DNA of 61,790 nucleotides, the filler included, from Dugesia japonica (taxonomy: Eukaryota), in NCBI GenBank assembly GCA_001938525.1. It is 6 parts of 6 records of this genome, joined end to end, with 100 filler letters (N's around TTAATTAATTAA, not from the genome) between each part and the next. Parts side by side here need not be neighbours in the genome. Positions count along the whole stretch, not along the records: positions 33,855 to 43,584 come from MQRL01611619.1; positions 43,685 to 52,616 come from MQRL01611800.1; 4 more parts are not named here. One strand, given 5' to 3'. The position numbers and the translations under genes were made by a program. Shown here piece after piece: positions 36,584 to 49,841 of the stretch. The notes below the pieces were generated by a model, which was given only the letters and a program-made list of their open reading frames with translations, was not told the origin of the DNA and ran no database searches. Each line of letters begins with the position of its first letter. Within the stretch, counting starts at the first letter, position 1.

Positions 36584-38402
36584 GGTGGTAAGACAAAATA
36601 TACTCAGACAAAATATATCCGACAAAATATATTAAGACAAAATATATTTAGACAAAATATTAGAACAATATATATTAGGACAAAATACTATTGACAAAAT
36701 ATATTGAGACAAAATATTTGGAGACAATATATTGGGACAAAACATATTATGACAAGATATATTAGAACAAAATATATTGAGATAAAATTTAAATGATGAC
36801 ATCTTCAAAGTTTTTTAATTTGAAGAACCTGTATTACTTTNNNNNNNNNNNNNNNNNNNNNNNNNNNNNNNNNNNNNNNNNNNNNNNNNNATCCGACAAA
36901 ATATATTAAGACAAAATATATTTAGACAAAATATTAGAACAATATATATTAGGACAAAATACTATTGACAAAATATATTGAGACAAAATATTTGGAGACA
37001 ATATATTGGGACAAAACATATTATGACAAGATATATTAGNACAAAATATATTGAGATAAAATTTAAATGATGACATCTTCAAAGTTTTTTAATTTGAAGA
37101 ACCTGTATTACTTTCAAATAAAAGTTACACTAATATATAATTAAATATAATAAATTATTAATTAATTAATTGATGTATATCTTTTACAGCTAAACAGAGA
37201 CTAGGTTTTATTTTAATTAATTAATAATTTAATTTAACGTGTAGTTAACAACCTTCCAAGAAGCAATAACGCGGCAGAAGGATGGCATAATGCTTTCAAC
37301 TTTATGGTTAACATTTCACATCCAACTGTAGGCAGACTGGCTTAAAAATTGCAGCAGCAACACACCTCAGCATCAAGAGAAATCAAATTAAAACTGGTCA
37401 ACCACTTGTTAAGAAACGAAAAACGTATCAACGAATAGAATATCAATGATACCACTAAAATTATGGTTTATGGTTACAATTCAATGGATCAACTGACATA
37501 TTTAACAAACATTGCTCGTATTTTGAATATTAATGTAACATAGTTAAGTTCTGTTAATATAAATACAATTTTGTTAGTTAATTTATTGGTTATTAATTTT
37601 AATTGTTAAAAATATTATTACTAACTATGTTATTTATTAATGTTTTGTATATTGTGACATAGTTACATATTTTATACTATAGACTAGTATTTCTCAATCT
37701 TTTCTTCGTTATGTCCCCCGAAAATCCTTTTAAAACCTTCATGCCCCCCCCTCCATATAATTACTTGGAAAAAAATAAAGACGATGTTTTTGGTAATTAA
37801 ATAAAAAGTACACCATGTACAATAAGAAATTAGTTACATATATAGGTATTTATTTTAACAAATAGAATTTTAAAGATTTACTAATCACTAGAAAATTATC
37901 ATTGCTGTATTAAATAAATTTTTAAACAAACAAGTTTAGAATTGAAAATTTCAAATTGCCCCCCTGTGGAGCGTGGGCCCCACGTTGAGAAACACTGGTA
38001 TAGACTCTCGATTATCCGAGTATGGGTTATTCAGTTTCCGGATTATTCGTGTATTAAATTAAATTATTAATAAATAAATAAAACCTAGTCTCTGTTTAGC
38101 TGTAAAATATATACATCAATTAATTAATAAGGAATTTATTTTATTTAATCATATATTAGTACAACTTTTATTTGACAGTAATACAGGTTCTTCAAACTGA
38201 AAAACTTAGAAGATTCCATCATATATATTTTGTCTCAATATATTTTTTCCTAATATAGTATTTAGTCTGAATACTAAAAGTATTTAGTTGTCATAATATA
38301 TTTAGTCTGAATATTATTTGTCATAATATATTTTGTCTGATATATTTTGTCTGATTTATTTTGTCGAAAATATTTTGTCTGAGTATATTTTGTCATGGAA
38401 CC
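36584..38402 (+). mobile_element. Non-autonomous MULE/foldback element with long repetitive TIRs and 8-bp TSD
   Basis: GACAAAATAT arrays inverted at both ends; 37171-37210 is approximately the reverse complement of 38079-38119; TSD TGTCCAAG at 36576-36583 and 38403-38410; internal NNAAEGWHNAF..HPT MULE motif. Confidence 0.85.
37685..37997. mobile_element. Charlie-type hAT MITE nested in the MULE
   Basis: TAGTATTTCTCAA / TTGAGAAACACTG ends; TSD CTATAGAC/GTATAGAC. Confidence 0.8.
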
Positions 38403-38735
38403 TGTCCAAGATAGGATTTTCGTCAAAATTGTTTTAACGATAAAATTAATAAATCAAAACCGTATTATTAATATGTGGGGAAGGAGTAAACATCATTTTA
38501 TAAATGGGTCACTGAAAGTTTGACAAAAAGAGGAAGTGGGCTTAAAATTATTGACATAATTAATGACCAGTCACTAAAGTAACTCATAACTATATAGATT
38601 TTTATTAATTTACAATAAATAAATAACTTCAAAACCAAGAAATTGTTTATCATTAAAGTTGACAATAAATTATGTTTTTCTTTTATTTTATGTGATCATA
38701 TTAACTCCATAAAAATATTGAAATGGTATGTGAAT

Positions 38736-39302
38736 TTAAAATTTATTTAAAATCATTCTCACCTGTTTAATTTCTTCAATAATTGGAGAGGAAATAGATT
38801 TCGCCTCGTTTATTACAACTTGATTAGTTGTATTCAAATCGCATTCATTAATTCCTGATTGAATAATAAATTTCATTGCCAATTTTGATTTTTCTTCTAA
38901 TTCACTCATATTGTAACTGTTTTCAATATCTTCGTTCAGTAATTTTAAAGCGTTAACTGAAAACTCTTTGTAAATTTCACTTCGATCAGGATAAGATAAA
39001 TTTTCTTTCGAAAATAATCGTCTTGTAAGATACTTTAGAGTTTTAGTAAAATGAAATTTCGTGCTGTATGATGTTCTGTTTCGATTGTGTTTATTATTAG
39101 TGATTTTACGAGATTCACTATCACATTCATTTGAAACAGACAAATTTTTGTATTGACAATAAGAGTTCTGATTACTAATCACAGTTGATTTACACAAACA
39201 ATCATTGCAATAGACTGGTCGATATCGAATATTATAAATTTCATTTTCTAATTTATTAATTGAATTCGAATAGATATAATTAACAATATTTTCTAAACTC
39301 AT
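38736..39302 (-). CDS. Orphan intronless ORF, 188 aa
   Basis: Long stop-free ORF in very AT-rich DNA with a TATATAAA ~135 nt upstream. Confidence 0.55.
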   Translation of the reverse strand: MSLENIVNYIYSNSINKLENEIYNIRYRPVYCNDCLCKSTVISNQNSYCQYKNLSVSNECDSESRKITNNKHNRNRTSYSTKFHFTKTLKYLTRRLFSKENLSYPDRSEIYKEFSVNALKLLNEDIENSYNMSELEEKSKLAMKFIIQSGINECDLNTTNQVVINEAKSISSPIIEEIKQVRMILNKF

Positions 39303-40078
39303 TTATTAAATAATCATTTATTTAAACAACATTATACATCAATTATTTGATTTAATCAACAAAAATGAAAATTTTGAATCAAAAAACAATTTAACAGTTA
39401 TTCTTTTCAAATAAAAGTATTTAGAAGTTAGTTTTTTTTATATAAATAGTGATTTATCAGGCTGAGTTTATCAAAGAAAATGGAATTGACGAACTAGAAA
39501 AATGACGTTTTTTATTACCAATATCCAGTTGTTGTAGTTTTTTCATAAATTGTCTGTCTTTAATATGCATTTTCTTTCTCCTTGCACCAGCCTTAAATGT
39601 AACAATTTAGATGAAAAATTTTAAGCAATTAAATTAAACTTGAAAATATAACACATATATAACATGCGTTCTAAACAGAACCATTTAAAATTTTTACCCA
39701 AACCAACAAATCATCAATATTACTCCGATGATCTGATTTGCTAATATTATATATTGTGAATTGGCAATTCAAAGGCACACATTATACTGTTTTTATTTAG
39801 CTTTTTTAATCATTATTCACGATTCTGATTAAATATTTTAATTTACTTGACTCTGATAAATTATTTTGGTTTATTTTATTTCTGATTTACGTGTAAGTAG
39901 ATGGCTGCTAGCTCACTTAGCTACACCCCCCTCCAGCAAATTTTCTGATGATTTCATTGGCTGAAAAGTATATACACTGGCTTATGATTTCAATGGTCTA
40001 ATTTTGTTAAGGATATTTTTTCGATTTTGGTTCGAAATTTCAATAAAACAAAGAAAAATCTTCGATCAAAATAAAATG

Positions 40079-40114
40079 TATTCCTGAAGAAGACAATAGT
40101 CGAAAATTTGAATA
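40079..40114 (+). ncRNA. Minimal type I hammerhead ribozyme motif
   Basis: TATTC-CTGAAGA-A-GAC-AATA-GTC-GAAA-AT-TT-GAATA, closed by a perfect 17-bp inverted repeat (40061-40077/40130-40146). Confidence 0.7.
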
Positions 40115-40692
40115 TCTATAAAAAAAATTATTTTATTTTGATCGAATCTTTTTCTTTAATTTAAAGAAATCTCAAATGCGATCAATGGTTAAGTCCAACA
40201 ATTATTCTCGTAAAAATTGTAATCATAAAACTTGGTTCGAAATCGTCGTAAAATAATTCGGGAAAGTTGAATGTCAAATATTTTTCTTTGGATTTTCTCG
40301 ATCAAAAGTAGTCGTGTGGTTTGGTACTTATCTTATAATAAAAAATGGACCTTTTCGAAAAAGGTTTGCTGTATAAAAATGCTTGGTTTTCTAGGAAAAT
40401 GGTGTTGCGCACTAACACAGTCGAACATTGTGTTGTTAATTTATCAATCTATATTCATCTTATTAATTTGAAATTAGTATCATTCGATTCAGAATTAAAA
40501 ACTCTATTTATTGATGAAAAATACTTTTAGGGAAATAACTGAGTTACGCATATTGTATTGAGTAGCTTATATTCGATTGAGTAAGTGAGTAATTTATATT
40601 TTATTGAGTAACCGAGTAAATTATATTCTATTGAGTAAGTACCATATATTCTATTGAACATATTACTCAGTTACTCAGTTAGTCATTTAATC

Positions 40693-40743
<51 letters not shown>

Positions 40744-40882
40744 NNNNNNNNNNNNNNNNNNNNNNNNNNNNNNNNNNNNNNNNNNNNNNNNNNNNNNNNN
40801 NNNNNNNNNNNNNNNNNNNNNNNNNNNNNNNNNNNNNNNNNNNNNNNNNNNNNNNNNNNNNNNNNNNNNNNNNNNNNNNNNN

Positions 40883-40948
<66 letters not shown>

Positions 40949-41044
40949 TTTTACAAGTCCGATTGCAAATCTTCATTTTTGAAGTAATAATCTAGATCTA
41001 AAATTAAAAATATAAATAATTTTAATAATAATAATAATAATAAT
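40693..41044. repeat. (AAT)n microsatellite; also at 1-31, 21148-21210, 33855-33894, 43685-43755
   Basis: Direct observation. Confidence 0.95.
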
Positions 41045-41089
41045 ATGAAACTATACCAGTAGCGATTTCTTCATTGTCCACTTCTTATT

Positions 41090-43584
41090 AAGATACTACA
41101 CTGTCCTCTATACTATCTAGTGTAAAGTGCCCATATGGTACATATATGCTTTTACTAGTCCATTCTCGCTTATCGTCGTTATTAGTGAGTGCGACTTTTT
41201 TGTTCTTAAAGTTATACAACTGGTGGTTTATCGAACCCATTCTAAATTGTTCTATTGATGCTGGCAAATTATTTTCATAACAGTCAAAGTATGACTGATG
41301 TTTTAAATTATTATTCTTTATTGTTATGTCTTTGCCTTCATCGTTCTTTTGTCACTCAAAAGGCTATAACACTTTGGTCTCAAGAAAATCAATTCTTTGA
41401 ACTTAACCTCTTTTCTTTCGTCCTTAAATTTCCCAATGACTGAAATAAGACTGTTACTGTAAAGGGAGTGACTTGTGTTGTAATTGGATGTGTCCAATAA
41501 CTGGTCCTTCACCATCAAACCGGTTAGCTTTTCCAAACTTATATCTACAACTTAGTAAATGAATGCAAACGTACGAGGCCACTTGTGAAATTTTACTTTT
41601 TACATAGAAGTATCACAAAATCTTTAGAAATTGTATAGAAGTTACTAAATATTTTAAAAAATTGCATAAAAGTCAATAATCTTTTATGAAAATGCATAGA
41701 AGTCACAAAATATTTTATGAAATCGCATAGAAGTTATAAAACAAATTCACAAGTGGCCTCGTACGTATGCATTCCCCTACTCAACTTCAAGAAAAATATT
41801 TATTTACAGTATTTATTTTACAATTTTCTTCTCTACGGTACTTTTCCAACTCCAAGTACTATAGTTGGTACATTCGTAACTTTGAGAGATCAAGTACCGC
41901 CCGTCCAATGTAGCTCGGACGATCTAAACATATAATTTCTTTATTAAGGAGGACAGCTATCAGACCATCGTCTATTTTGATTGCTTTTCTGAATCCAGCT
42001 TTCGAAGTGTATATCATCAACTTCTTTGCTGAATTACACAAGCGCAAATTTTGTTCTCTTCCTAGGGTTCTCCACCGTTTTCCCATATAAGCTATTGTTG
42101 AGTAGTTTGTGGTAATTTTTCTAATTCTGTATCCACTTTTGATATTAACTTCGTATTAATATCAATATATTTTATTAAATATTTGTCCTTGACTAAATTG
42201 AACTCTCCTGTGTACATTTGTAACCTGTCCACCCAACTTTATCTATATATGTAGCAGCCTTCAGTGAATGATGTAGTTTTTCCTAGGATAATGTGTCAAC
42301 ATCAATTTTTTCCCTTTACTGTTTGTAGCGAATTGGCGTTCCACTGCTACTGGGAGATCACTTAGATAATCCTGTATTTCCACTGGAATAACCATATTCA
42401 CCTCTAATGAGTATCCGTATGGCAACGAGTCAAAATTCGCAGTCTTACATTCCTCCAAAACATTATCCAATCCTGTGTGAACCCATTCGAAATCTGCATA
42501 GGGCAACTTCTGACTTAATGCCCAGTCATACAGATTATTTATGTCAATGTACAGTAAATCAGTGTTCTCATTACAGGCAACATGAAGTTTGTTGACAAAT
42601 GTTAGCTTTCCTCTAATTCCACCTTCAAAAAAGGTGTACATGTCATTATCTTTAAACAGTTCGATTGGTTCATTTTTTTGACATCACTGATGAATCCCAA
42701 ATTACATGATTTATAGGTAGTTTCTTTATATTCCTCGGTAAAATGGTTGTGATCTCGAACCGGGTTTATTAGTCTCTGTTTGCATAAATAACAATTTTGG
42801 GCTGTTGCAAACTAATTTTCTTGCAATGAAGTAATCGTCATCTGCTTATTACCATGATCTTTGTAATAAGGTCCCATTATATTTTTATTAATATCTTCAA
42901 CTGCCAATAAAAACTGATAAATTCAGTCATTTCCAATAAACTGGTTGTATTTTANNNNNNNNNNNNNNNNNNNNNNNNNNNNNNNNNNNNNNNNNNNNNN
43001 NNNNNNNNNNNNNNNNNNNNNNNNNNNNNNNNNNNNNNNNNNNNNNNNNNNNNNNNNNNAGTGATTGTTTTCCCGAAATCCTTGAATGTTAATTTTGTTT
43101 TTGTTGGCATAGTGTACATGGTAGTGCCAGTTTGAATACGATCGCAAATCGGTTGATAATTTTCGAATGTCTTTCTCAAGCAAAATCTATTCAGACAATT
43201 GGAACATCATAATGTTTGTATCCTTAGACCATTTGATTTCCTATCCCGATTCATGAGACGATTTAAATTTAATACTACGGTATAATGAAATTTATCTTTA
43301 TCCTCAAGCAGTAATAAATTAATCTTTTTTTCGCCAACAACTTTCGAACGATGTATGATATCGAGGTTCGGATGTTTCATCACCACATCACCGTTGACGT
43401 CTTCAAAACATTGAGAGTTCCACGATAACACATTTATAGATAACCCCGGATTTCTTTCTTCAAACTTTCTAATGTTCTTTAACTTCATCGGCAAATCAGA
43501 CTCATCATACTTTAATTCTGACATGAATCTATAGTATTGACAGGCTTTGTATCTATGATTTCCACCTCATCCTTTTTGAGCATG
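41090..43584 (-). pseudogene. Decayed Polinton protein-primed DNA polymerase B
   Basis: RDHNHFT, GGIRG, YIDINNLY, KLLNNSLYGKTVEN, PSYIG.AVLDLSKLRMY, GKFKDE, LRPKCYS, NDDKR...PYGH. Confidence 0.92.
41561..41774. mobile_element. MITE inserted in the pPolB pseudogene
   Basis: 29-bp TIR GAATGCA(A/T)ACGTACGAGGCCACTTGTGAA (1 mismatch); internal ATAGAAGT repeats. Confidence 0.8.
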
Positions 43585-43684
43585 NNNNNNNNNNNNNNNN
43601 NNNNNNNNNNNNNNNNNNNNNNNNNNNNTTAATTAATTAANNNNNNNNNNNNNNNNNNNNNNNNNNNNNNNNNNNNNNNNNNNN

Positions 43685-43732
<48 letters not shown>

Positions 43733-44449
43733 AATAATATTATTATTATTATTATTTATTAATTTATTATTGAATTGAATGCATTTGATTCAATTGCTGC
43801 TGTATGACATTAATGGATATCCGCATTTTTAACGTCGAGGAAAGTTTCCAGTAGTATTGATGCTACCAAGTAGTAAATACTTTATACCGACCAAACCCGG
43901 TTGTTTATCTGTAGATCAAATTATGATATCTTATATGATTTTTAATGTCTATCATAGATTCAGTATTAAAATTATAGTAAATAAAAATTTTATTGTTGTC
44001 CTATTTATTATTGTTCTATTTATTGTTCTATTTATTATTATTCATTAATTCTTTGTATAATTATAATTCACAACTTATTTTAAAATAAACGTTAATAATA
44101 AAAGTTATTTTCATAATTTAATTTATTGATACACATGGACAATTTCCGCTTTCAGTAACAAATTATAGGTTAATATAAACCAGTAGATTTTATTCGGGCC
44201 CATACCAGGGTCACCTATATTTTCAGGCCAATTTATTTTTTCATAGACCCACAAGTAGGCCTGAGGGCCCACCTTGAGAATCACTGATCTAAATGATCAC
44301 TCATTATTTTGATAAATTCAAAGATTATCTACAAATTAATCGATATGTTGTTTATAAAAACACCGAACTGAAAGTAATAATTATAATATACAGTGAATTA
44401 AATTTATTTAACAAAATTAAAATTTGGTATCTGTTTGTGTTGGGTTGTA

Positions 44450-45039
44450 TAGGGTGTTCCAAAAAAAATTTCGTTTTTTATAAGTTAGGAAAAATTAAAA
44501 TGAACAACTATAAACTAAATATTTATAAATGTATAAAGAGTTAAATAACATTTCCATTCTTCTTGATTACTTCTTGCAAATGATTTTTCAAATGATTCAA
44601 CTCTTTAGATAACTTAGACCTTGTCATCACCTTCACCTTATTCATATCTTCATTATTTGTTTTTGTCTGTGATCTTCCGGAGCCTTTGACTCTACGAACT
44701 CCTCAAGGAACTGTTATTCCTTAATTTATTGGCAATTTGTTGGATTCGTCGCAAGGTTTTTATTTCTCCACAGGCTGTCACCAAAAACTCTTGTATTTCT
44801 GTAGCCGTAAAATCATTTTTAGTCATAACACCGACAAAAAAGTCATATTTTCGGTTGTAACGTTTTTTTATCATATTGCATTTGGATGTGATGAGTATGA
44901 GCATTTGATATAATAAAACAAATGCAGTAAGTTTATTTCATATTAATTAATTTAAATTGAATNNAAAAAGGTTTATTTTAAATTGATAATTAAATTTTTC
45001 CTAACTTATAAAAAACGAAATTTGTTTTGTAACACCCTA
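44450..45039 (-). mobile_element. Internally deleted Tc1/mariner element
   Basis: ~45-bp TIRs TAGGGTGTT...ATAAGTTAGGAAAAATT, TA TSD; residual HTH ORF at 44692-44904. Confidence 0.88.
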
Positions 45040-45713
45040 TAGATTAAAAGGGTCAAATTCTTTGGTTAAAATAGGAAATATTTCCTTCTGAAGAATATGT
45101 TAAGTGTTTTTTACAAAGTTTATTTTTTCTTTTCATAATATAGTATCCAACGATAGCAATACAAAATAGTTTACAATCCATAATATATTGAAAGGGAAAT
45201 TTCTTTCAACAAGATAATCCAGAGTGATATTTACTTAGCTATTTATAAATTAGTCTTTGAACAGTATTTGAGTCATCCATTATTTATATTTTGTAAGGTA
45301 ATAAAGGAATGGTATAGTTCACTGGCATCCGTAAATTCACGAGAGATTTCTGAATGATAAATGGGATAATTTTAAAATTTTCAGCATTCTAAACAAGCGA
45401 AAAAGTTAACCGATCCTTATAGACTTAAATCAGTATCCTTTTAGATTCTTAGCGTATATAAATACAATTAATCAAGGATCGCCATGGTTAGTCGGTTGTA
45501 AATTGGTTATGNNNNNNNNNNNNNNNNNNNNNNNNNNNNNNNNNNNNNNNNNNNNNNNNNNNNNNNNNNNNNNNNNNNNNNNNNNNNNTTTTTTAAATAT
45601 TTGTACAAATTGTTAAATAAGATTTTATTAAATGTTTCTTTACTTTTTTTCAAGTGGTTTTTTAAATAATAAATACTTTTGTAAATTTTGATAAATATTT
45701 ACAGGAATATTAA

Positions 45714-47056
45714 CCCTTTCCCTGCGTATAACGCACTATGTCTCGTCATAAAATTATAATCCCAAAAGCGTATGACGAGTAGGTCTCGTCATTACTGCTA
45801 CTGAGTTACGTTGTGTGTTTAATGATGCGTCGCTTAGTAGAATAAACATTATCGCGTAGTACAATAACAATAGATATATTAAAAAAAATATTATGAGCTA
45901 GATTTTTTAGCATATCTATGTTACCGGAAATACGTCATTTCGGTGTCGAATTTACTGAAAATTTTCCCATGAAAATTATTGTTTATTTTCTGTTTATAGA
46001 AATGAAAAATTGATAGAAACTTTCATAAAAACTTATGTATTGTTATCAATATTATTGAATTTATTATCAAATTGAAAAGTATCATTATGACAGCAAGACG
46101 NNNNNNNNNNNNNNNNNNNNNNNNNNNNNNNNNNNNNNNNNNNNNNNNNNNNNNNNNNNNNNNNNNNNNNNNNNNNNNNNNNNNNNNNNNNNNNNNNNNN
46201 NNNNNNNNNNNNNNNNNNNNNNNNNNNNNNNNNNNNNNNNNNNNNNNNNNNNNNNNNNNNNTTGCTGATGGGTGGATAAATGGAAGAAACTTTCAACCGG
46301 TTTTCCATCAATATCAAGTGTGGTGAATTGCAATGCACTAAGTTTAGTGACAAGAAAGATGTTTATATGTTGTCTACTCTCCACAAGTACGTGTTTGTGG
46401 GCGTCACAGAACGACAATTCTGAAGCCGAATTCTGTCTTGGATTACAACATAAACATGTGAGCAGTGGACAAAATAAATCAGTTACTGCAACCACACTCA
46501 GCAACCAGAAATACCTGGAAATGGTATTGCAAACTGGCAATACACCTGATCCAGGTATGTATGCTGAATGCATTCGTTTTGTTCAAATCTACTCAAGGAG
46601 CTCAAGAAACATATTTGCAGTTTCAACATGATGTTTTCAAAACATTGATTTATACTGGAGAACGCAATGCACAAGATAAAGTCGATAATGAGATAGCCCA
46701 ACCTTCCGAAAGACATTTCATTATGCATATCCCTCGAACTGAAATAAACCAATCCAACAAAAAGATGTCGTGTTTGTCATTCTCGTGGAATTCGTCGAGA
46801 GAGCCGTTTCAACTGCAATCCGTGTCAAACGAAACCTGGAATTTTCCTGGAAAATGGATGCTTCAAGATTTACCATACTGAAGAAAACTATGCAGAAATA
46901 TGAAAATAAAAATAATACTATGAACCACTAATACATTTTTCCAAGATCTGTTTTACATGTTATTTACTTGTTTTAAAACAAAAAAATTTTAGAGCATAAA
47001 AAAATAAAAAATTTCATTACGCGTGACGTCATTAAAACTAGACGCAGCTAAATGGG
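45714..47056 (+). mobile_element. Internally deleted piggyBac (PGBD4-like) transposon
   Basis: TTAA-CCC...GGG-TTAA ends; DKKDVYMLST, KP..VLDYN..M.AVD, KWYCKLAIHL, Cys-rich CRVC..C..C..C...H tail. Confidence 0.93.
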
Positions 47057-49841
47057 TTAAAATTATTAAAATATTTTAATGATTTTTTAAATTATTTTCA
47101 AAACGTTGAAATTAATTATTCTAAATAAATAAAACATCAATTTTTAATAATTAATTAAACTTTTATGAATAACTTTGATATTATGGATTTAACTAATGAT
47201 TTTAAACTTTAACAAATATTNNNNNNNNNNNNNNNNNNNNNNNNNNNNNNNNNNNNNNNNNNNNNNNNNNNNNNNNNNNNNNNNTTAAAAAATGGTTTCT
47301 CTATTTAGGGATGACAACATGTTCAAGTTTGGTTAAAATTGTCCAGTTCATGGGGGCAGAATCCTTTACAGATTCAAAAAAAAATAAATAATTGCGTTAA
47401 AAATTCTTTACAAAAAACTAATATACGTTTAATTGCTTACCATTAATAATTATTATTTATTTTGAAAAATAGAAGTCATATTTGTCCGCAATGTTTTTCA
47501 TTCGATTAACTAAATCATTTTCTAAATATCTTTGAAATTAATTCAGGTAATTATTCAAGTCATTATATTTAGCATCTTGATTTAATTTTGATTTTTTTTG
47601 TAAGAAATGCGTATTATTACTTTAATTTAGAGTTGTCCAAACTTTCTATGTTTGTGGGCTAATTTCACAAGGAAATTAGGTCCAAGGCCACAGTTCNNNN
47701 NNNNNNNNNNNNNNNNNNNNNNNNNNNNNNNNTAAAATATGTACTTGTATATTTATCTTTACACTTATTAAAAAAGCTCCATATTGACGTGAAATTTTAA
47801 TAACAAATATGTATGTGAGTATGTTTTGAAAAACGAGTTGAAATTTTTGTGCTTCGGTTGGAAATTATTTTTTAAAAAATATTTTTTTCAAAAAAATTGG
47901 CAGTCACAAATTCATTTAGAAATTAAAGTAAATTAAATTAAATTTTTTGTACAAAAATTATAATTAGTTTAAAGATTAATTTAAATACTTTTATACACAA
48001 TTTATTGTAGACTTTTTAGAAATTACAATTTTGTTTTAAAATCTCTNNNNNNNNNNNNNNNNNNNNNNNNNNNNNNNNNNNNNNNNNNNNNNNNNNNNNN
48101 NNNNNNNNNNNNNNNNNNNNNNNNNNNNNNNNNNNNNNNNCCTTAACTTTTCGAATTATTTTCAAATGTAAGTTTAATCTAAAATTTTAAATTTTTTAAA
48201 AATAATTTCCAATTAGATTATTTGAATAAACAAATAATGATGGGTATAGTTTTGTTTTGTGAATAAATTTTCTATGGAATTGAGTTTTGACATTAATGAT
48301 CAGACGAGTACTTCAAACTCATCTAAAAATGTTTAAGAATAGATCCTTAGATTAAATATTTAAATGAATTTTATTTTAATACACAAAAAAATGTAATGAC
48401 AGACTAAGTACAACTAAAATTACAAATATAGAAAAATCTGAAAGATATTTTATAAAAATAACTCCATAGATATACAAATATTAATATTATAAATTTTCTC
48501 TAGAAAAGATCGTGAGTCAGACTTTAGACAACCCTGTTTTAATTTATTAAGTATGTGNNNNNNNNNNNNNNNNNNNNNNNNNNNNNNNNNNNNNNNNNNN
48601 NNNNNNNNNNNNNNNNNNNNNNNNNNNNNNNNNNNNNNNNNNNNNNNNNNNNNNNNNNNNNNNNNNNNNNNNNNNNNNNNNNNNNNNNNNNNNNNNNNNN
48701 NNNNNNNNNNNNNNNNNNNNNNNNNNNNNNNNNNNNNNNNNNNNNNNNNNNNNNATGCGAGGACTGTGCCTGCTTTTGATTACAAGGTTCTATATTAGAT
48801 AAGCGTACGCGAATCCTTTCATGGAGAATTTGTAATCTTTCTCAATTCTTCGATTTCATTTCTTTAATGTTGAAAACCCATGCTCACACAGATAATAACT
48901 TCTTCTGTTGTTGCATGTGATTTTGTCAAAAAAACTTTAGATTTTCTTTGGATTGATTCTGAAAATTTGATAATAAAGTTTCAAAGTAAACAACCGGTTT
49001 ATCTTTTATTTCAGGACGATTTGCTTCAAAATGTCGTTTATAATATTGCAGCAAAAATTTTTAATAAAAAAACTAAAGCTTTTTCTAAAAATTTCCAATT
49101 TTTTTCGCCGAACCCATGGAACTTCTCGCGGAACACAGATTGGAATAAACGGAAATAAACCAAATGAAAATCTACATTCAGTAGGGAATTTGAAATTAAA
49201 TCGATAAGTTAAATATTCCAAATTAATCAAAAACATTCAATGAAAAAATGAAATAATAATCCAAACATAATTTTTAATTAAGAAATACACATTAAAATCG
49301 TTTGTTATTCAATAATTTATTGAAATGTTTTCGAAATAAATGATTAAATCTAAAAATATCTCTACATTTGTTTTGTGAAAACTGATATTGATTTTTGAAT
49401 TTTAAATGAACAGTATAAATTCCAACTAAATAAAACTGGAATAGTAATAGAAAAATTAAATATTTATTGGAATGTATTTTATCAAATACTCAAAGGATAT
49501 TTGTGTGAGATTTTAAAATATCCATTTAAATTTTTTATTTTTTTAAAAAATATGTTCTCAAATTTTTTAATTATTTTATTTTTTGAGCTGTATAAAATAT
49601 CAATGAATGTTTTTGCATGCTTTATTAATATTCAATTTAAAATATCAATTTATTTTTTATAAACAAAGANNNNNNNNNNTTTCATATAACCTATAGCCTA
49701 AATCATTAAATGATGACCATTGAGCACACACAATAGTACCAATTTTAATTATTTTTTTCGATAACAGTAAAATATAGCACTTTTAATAATATCAGTAATT
49801 TGTAAAAATAAATTAAAACAATATTAATTGTTAATAATTAA

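Noticed and set aside
40654-40976. Poly-N/Y/L ORFs and other X-filled ORFs in the track
   Set aside because: Artefacts of microsatellites and N gaps
33755-43584. pPolB at 41090-43584 as part of the same viral genome as 21148-33754
   Set aside because: Separated by an artificial spacer, flanked by unrelated TEs and much more decayed
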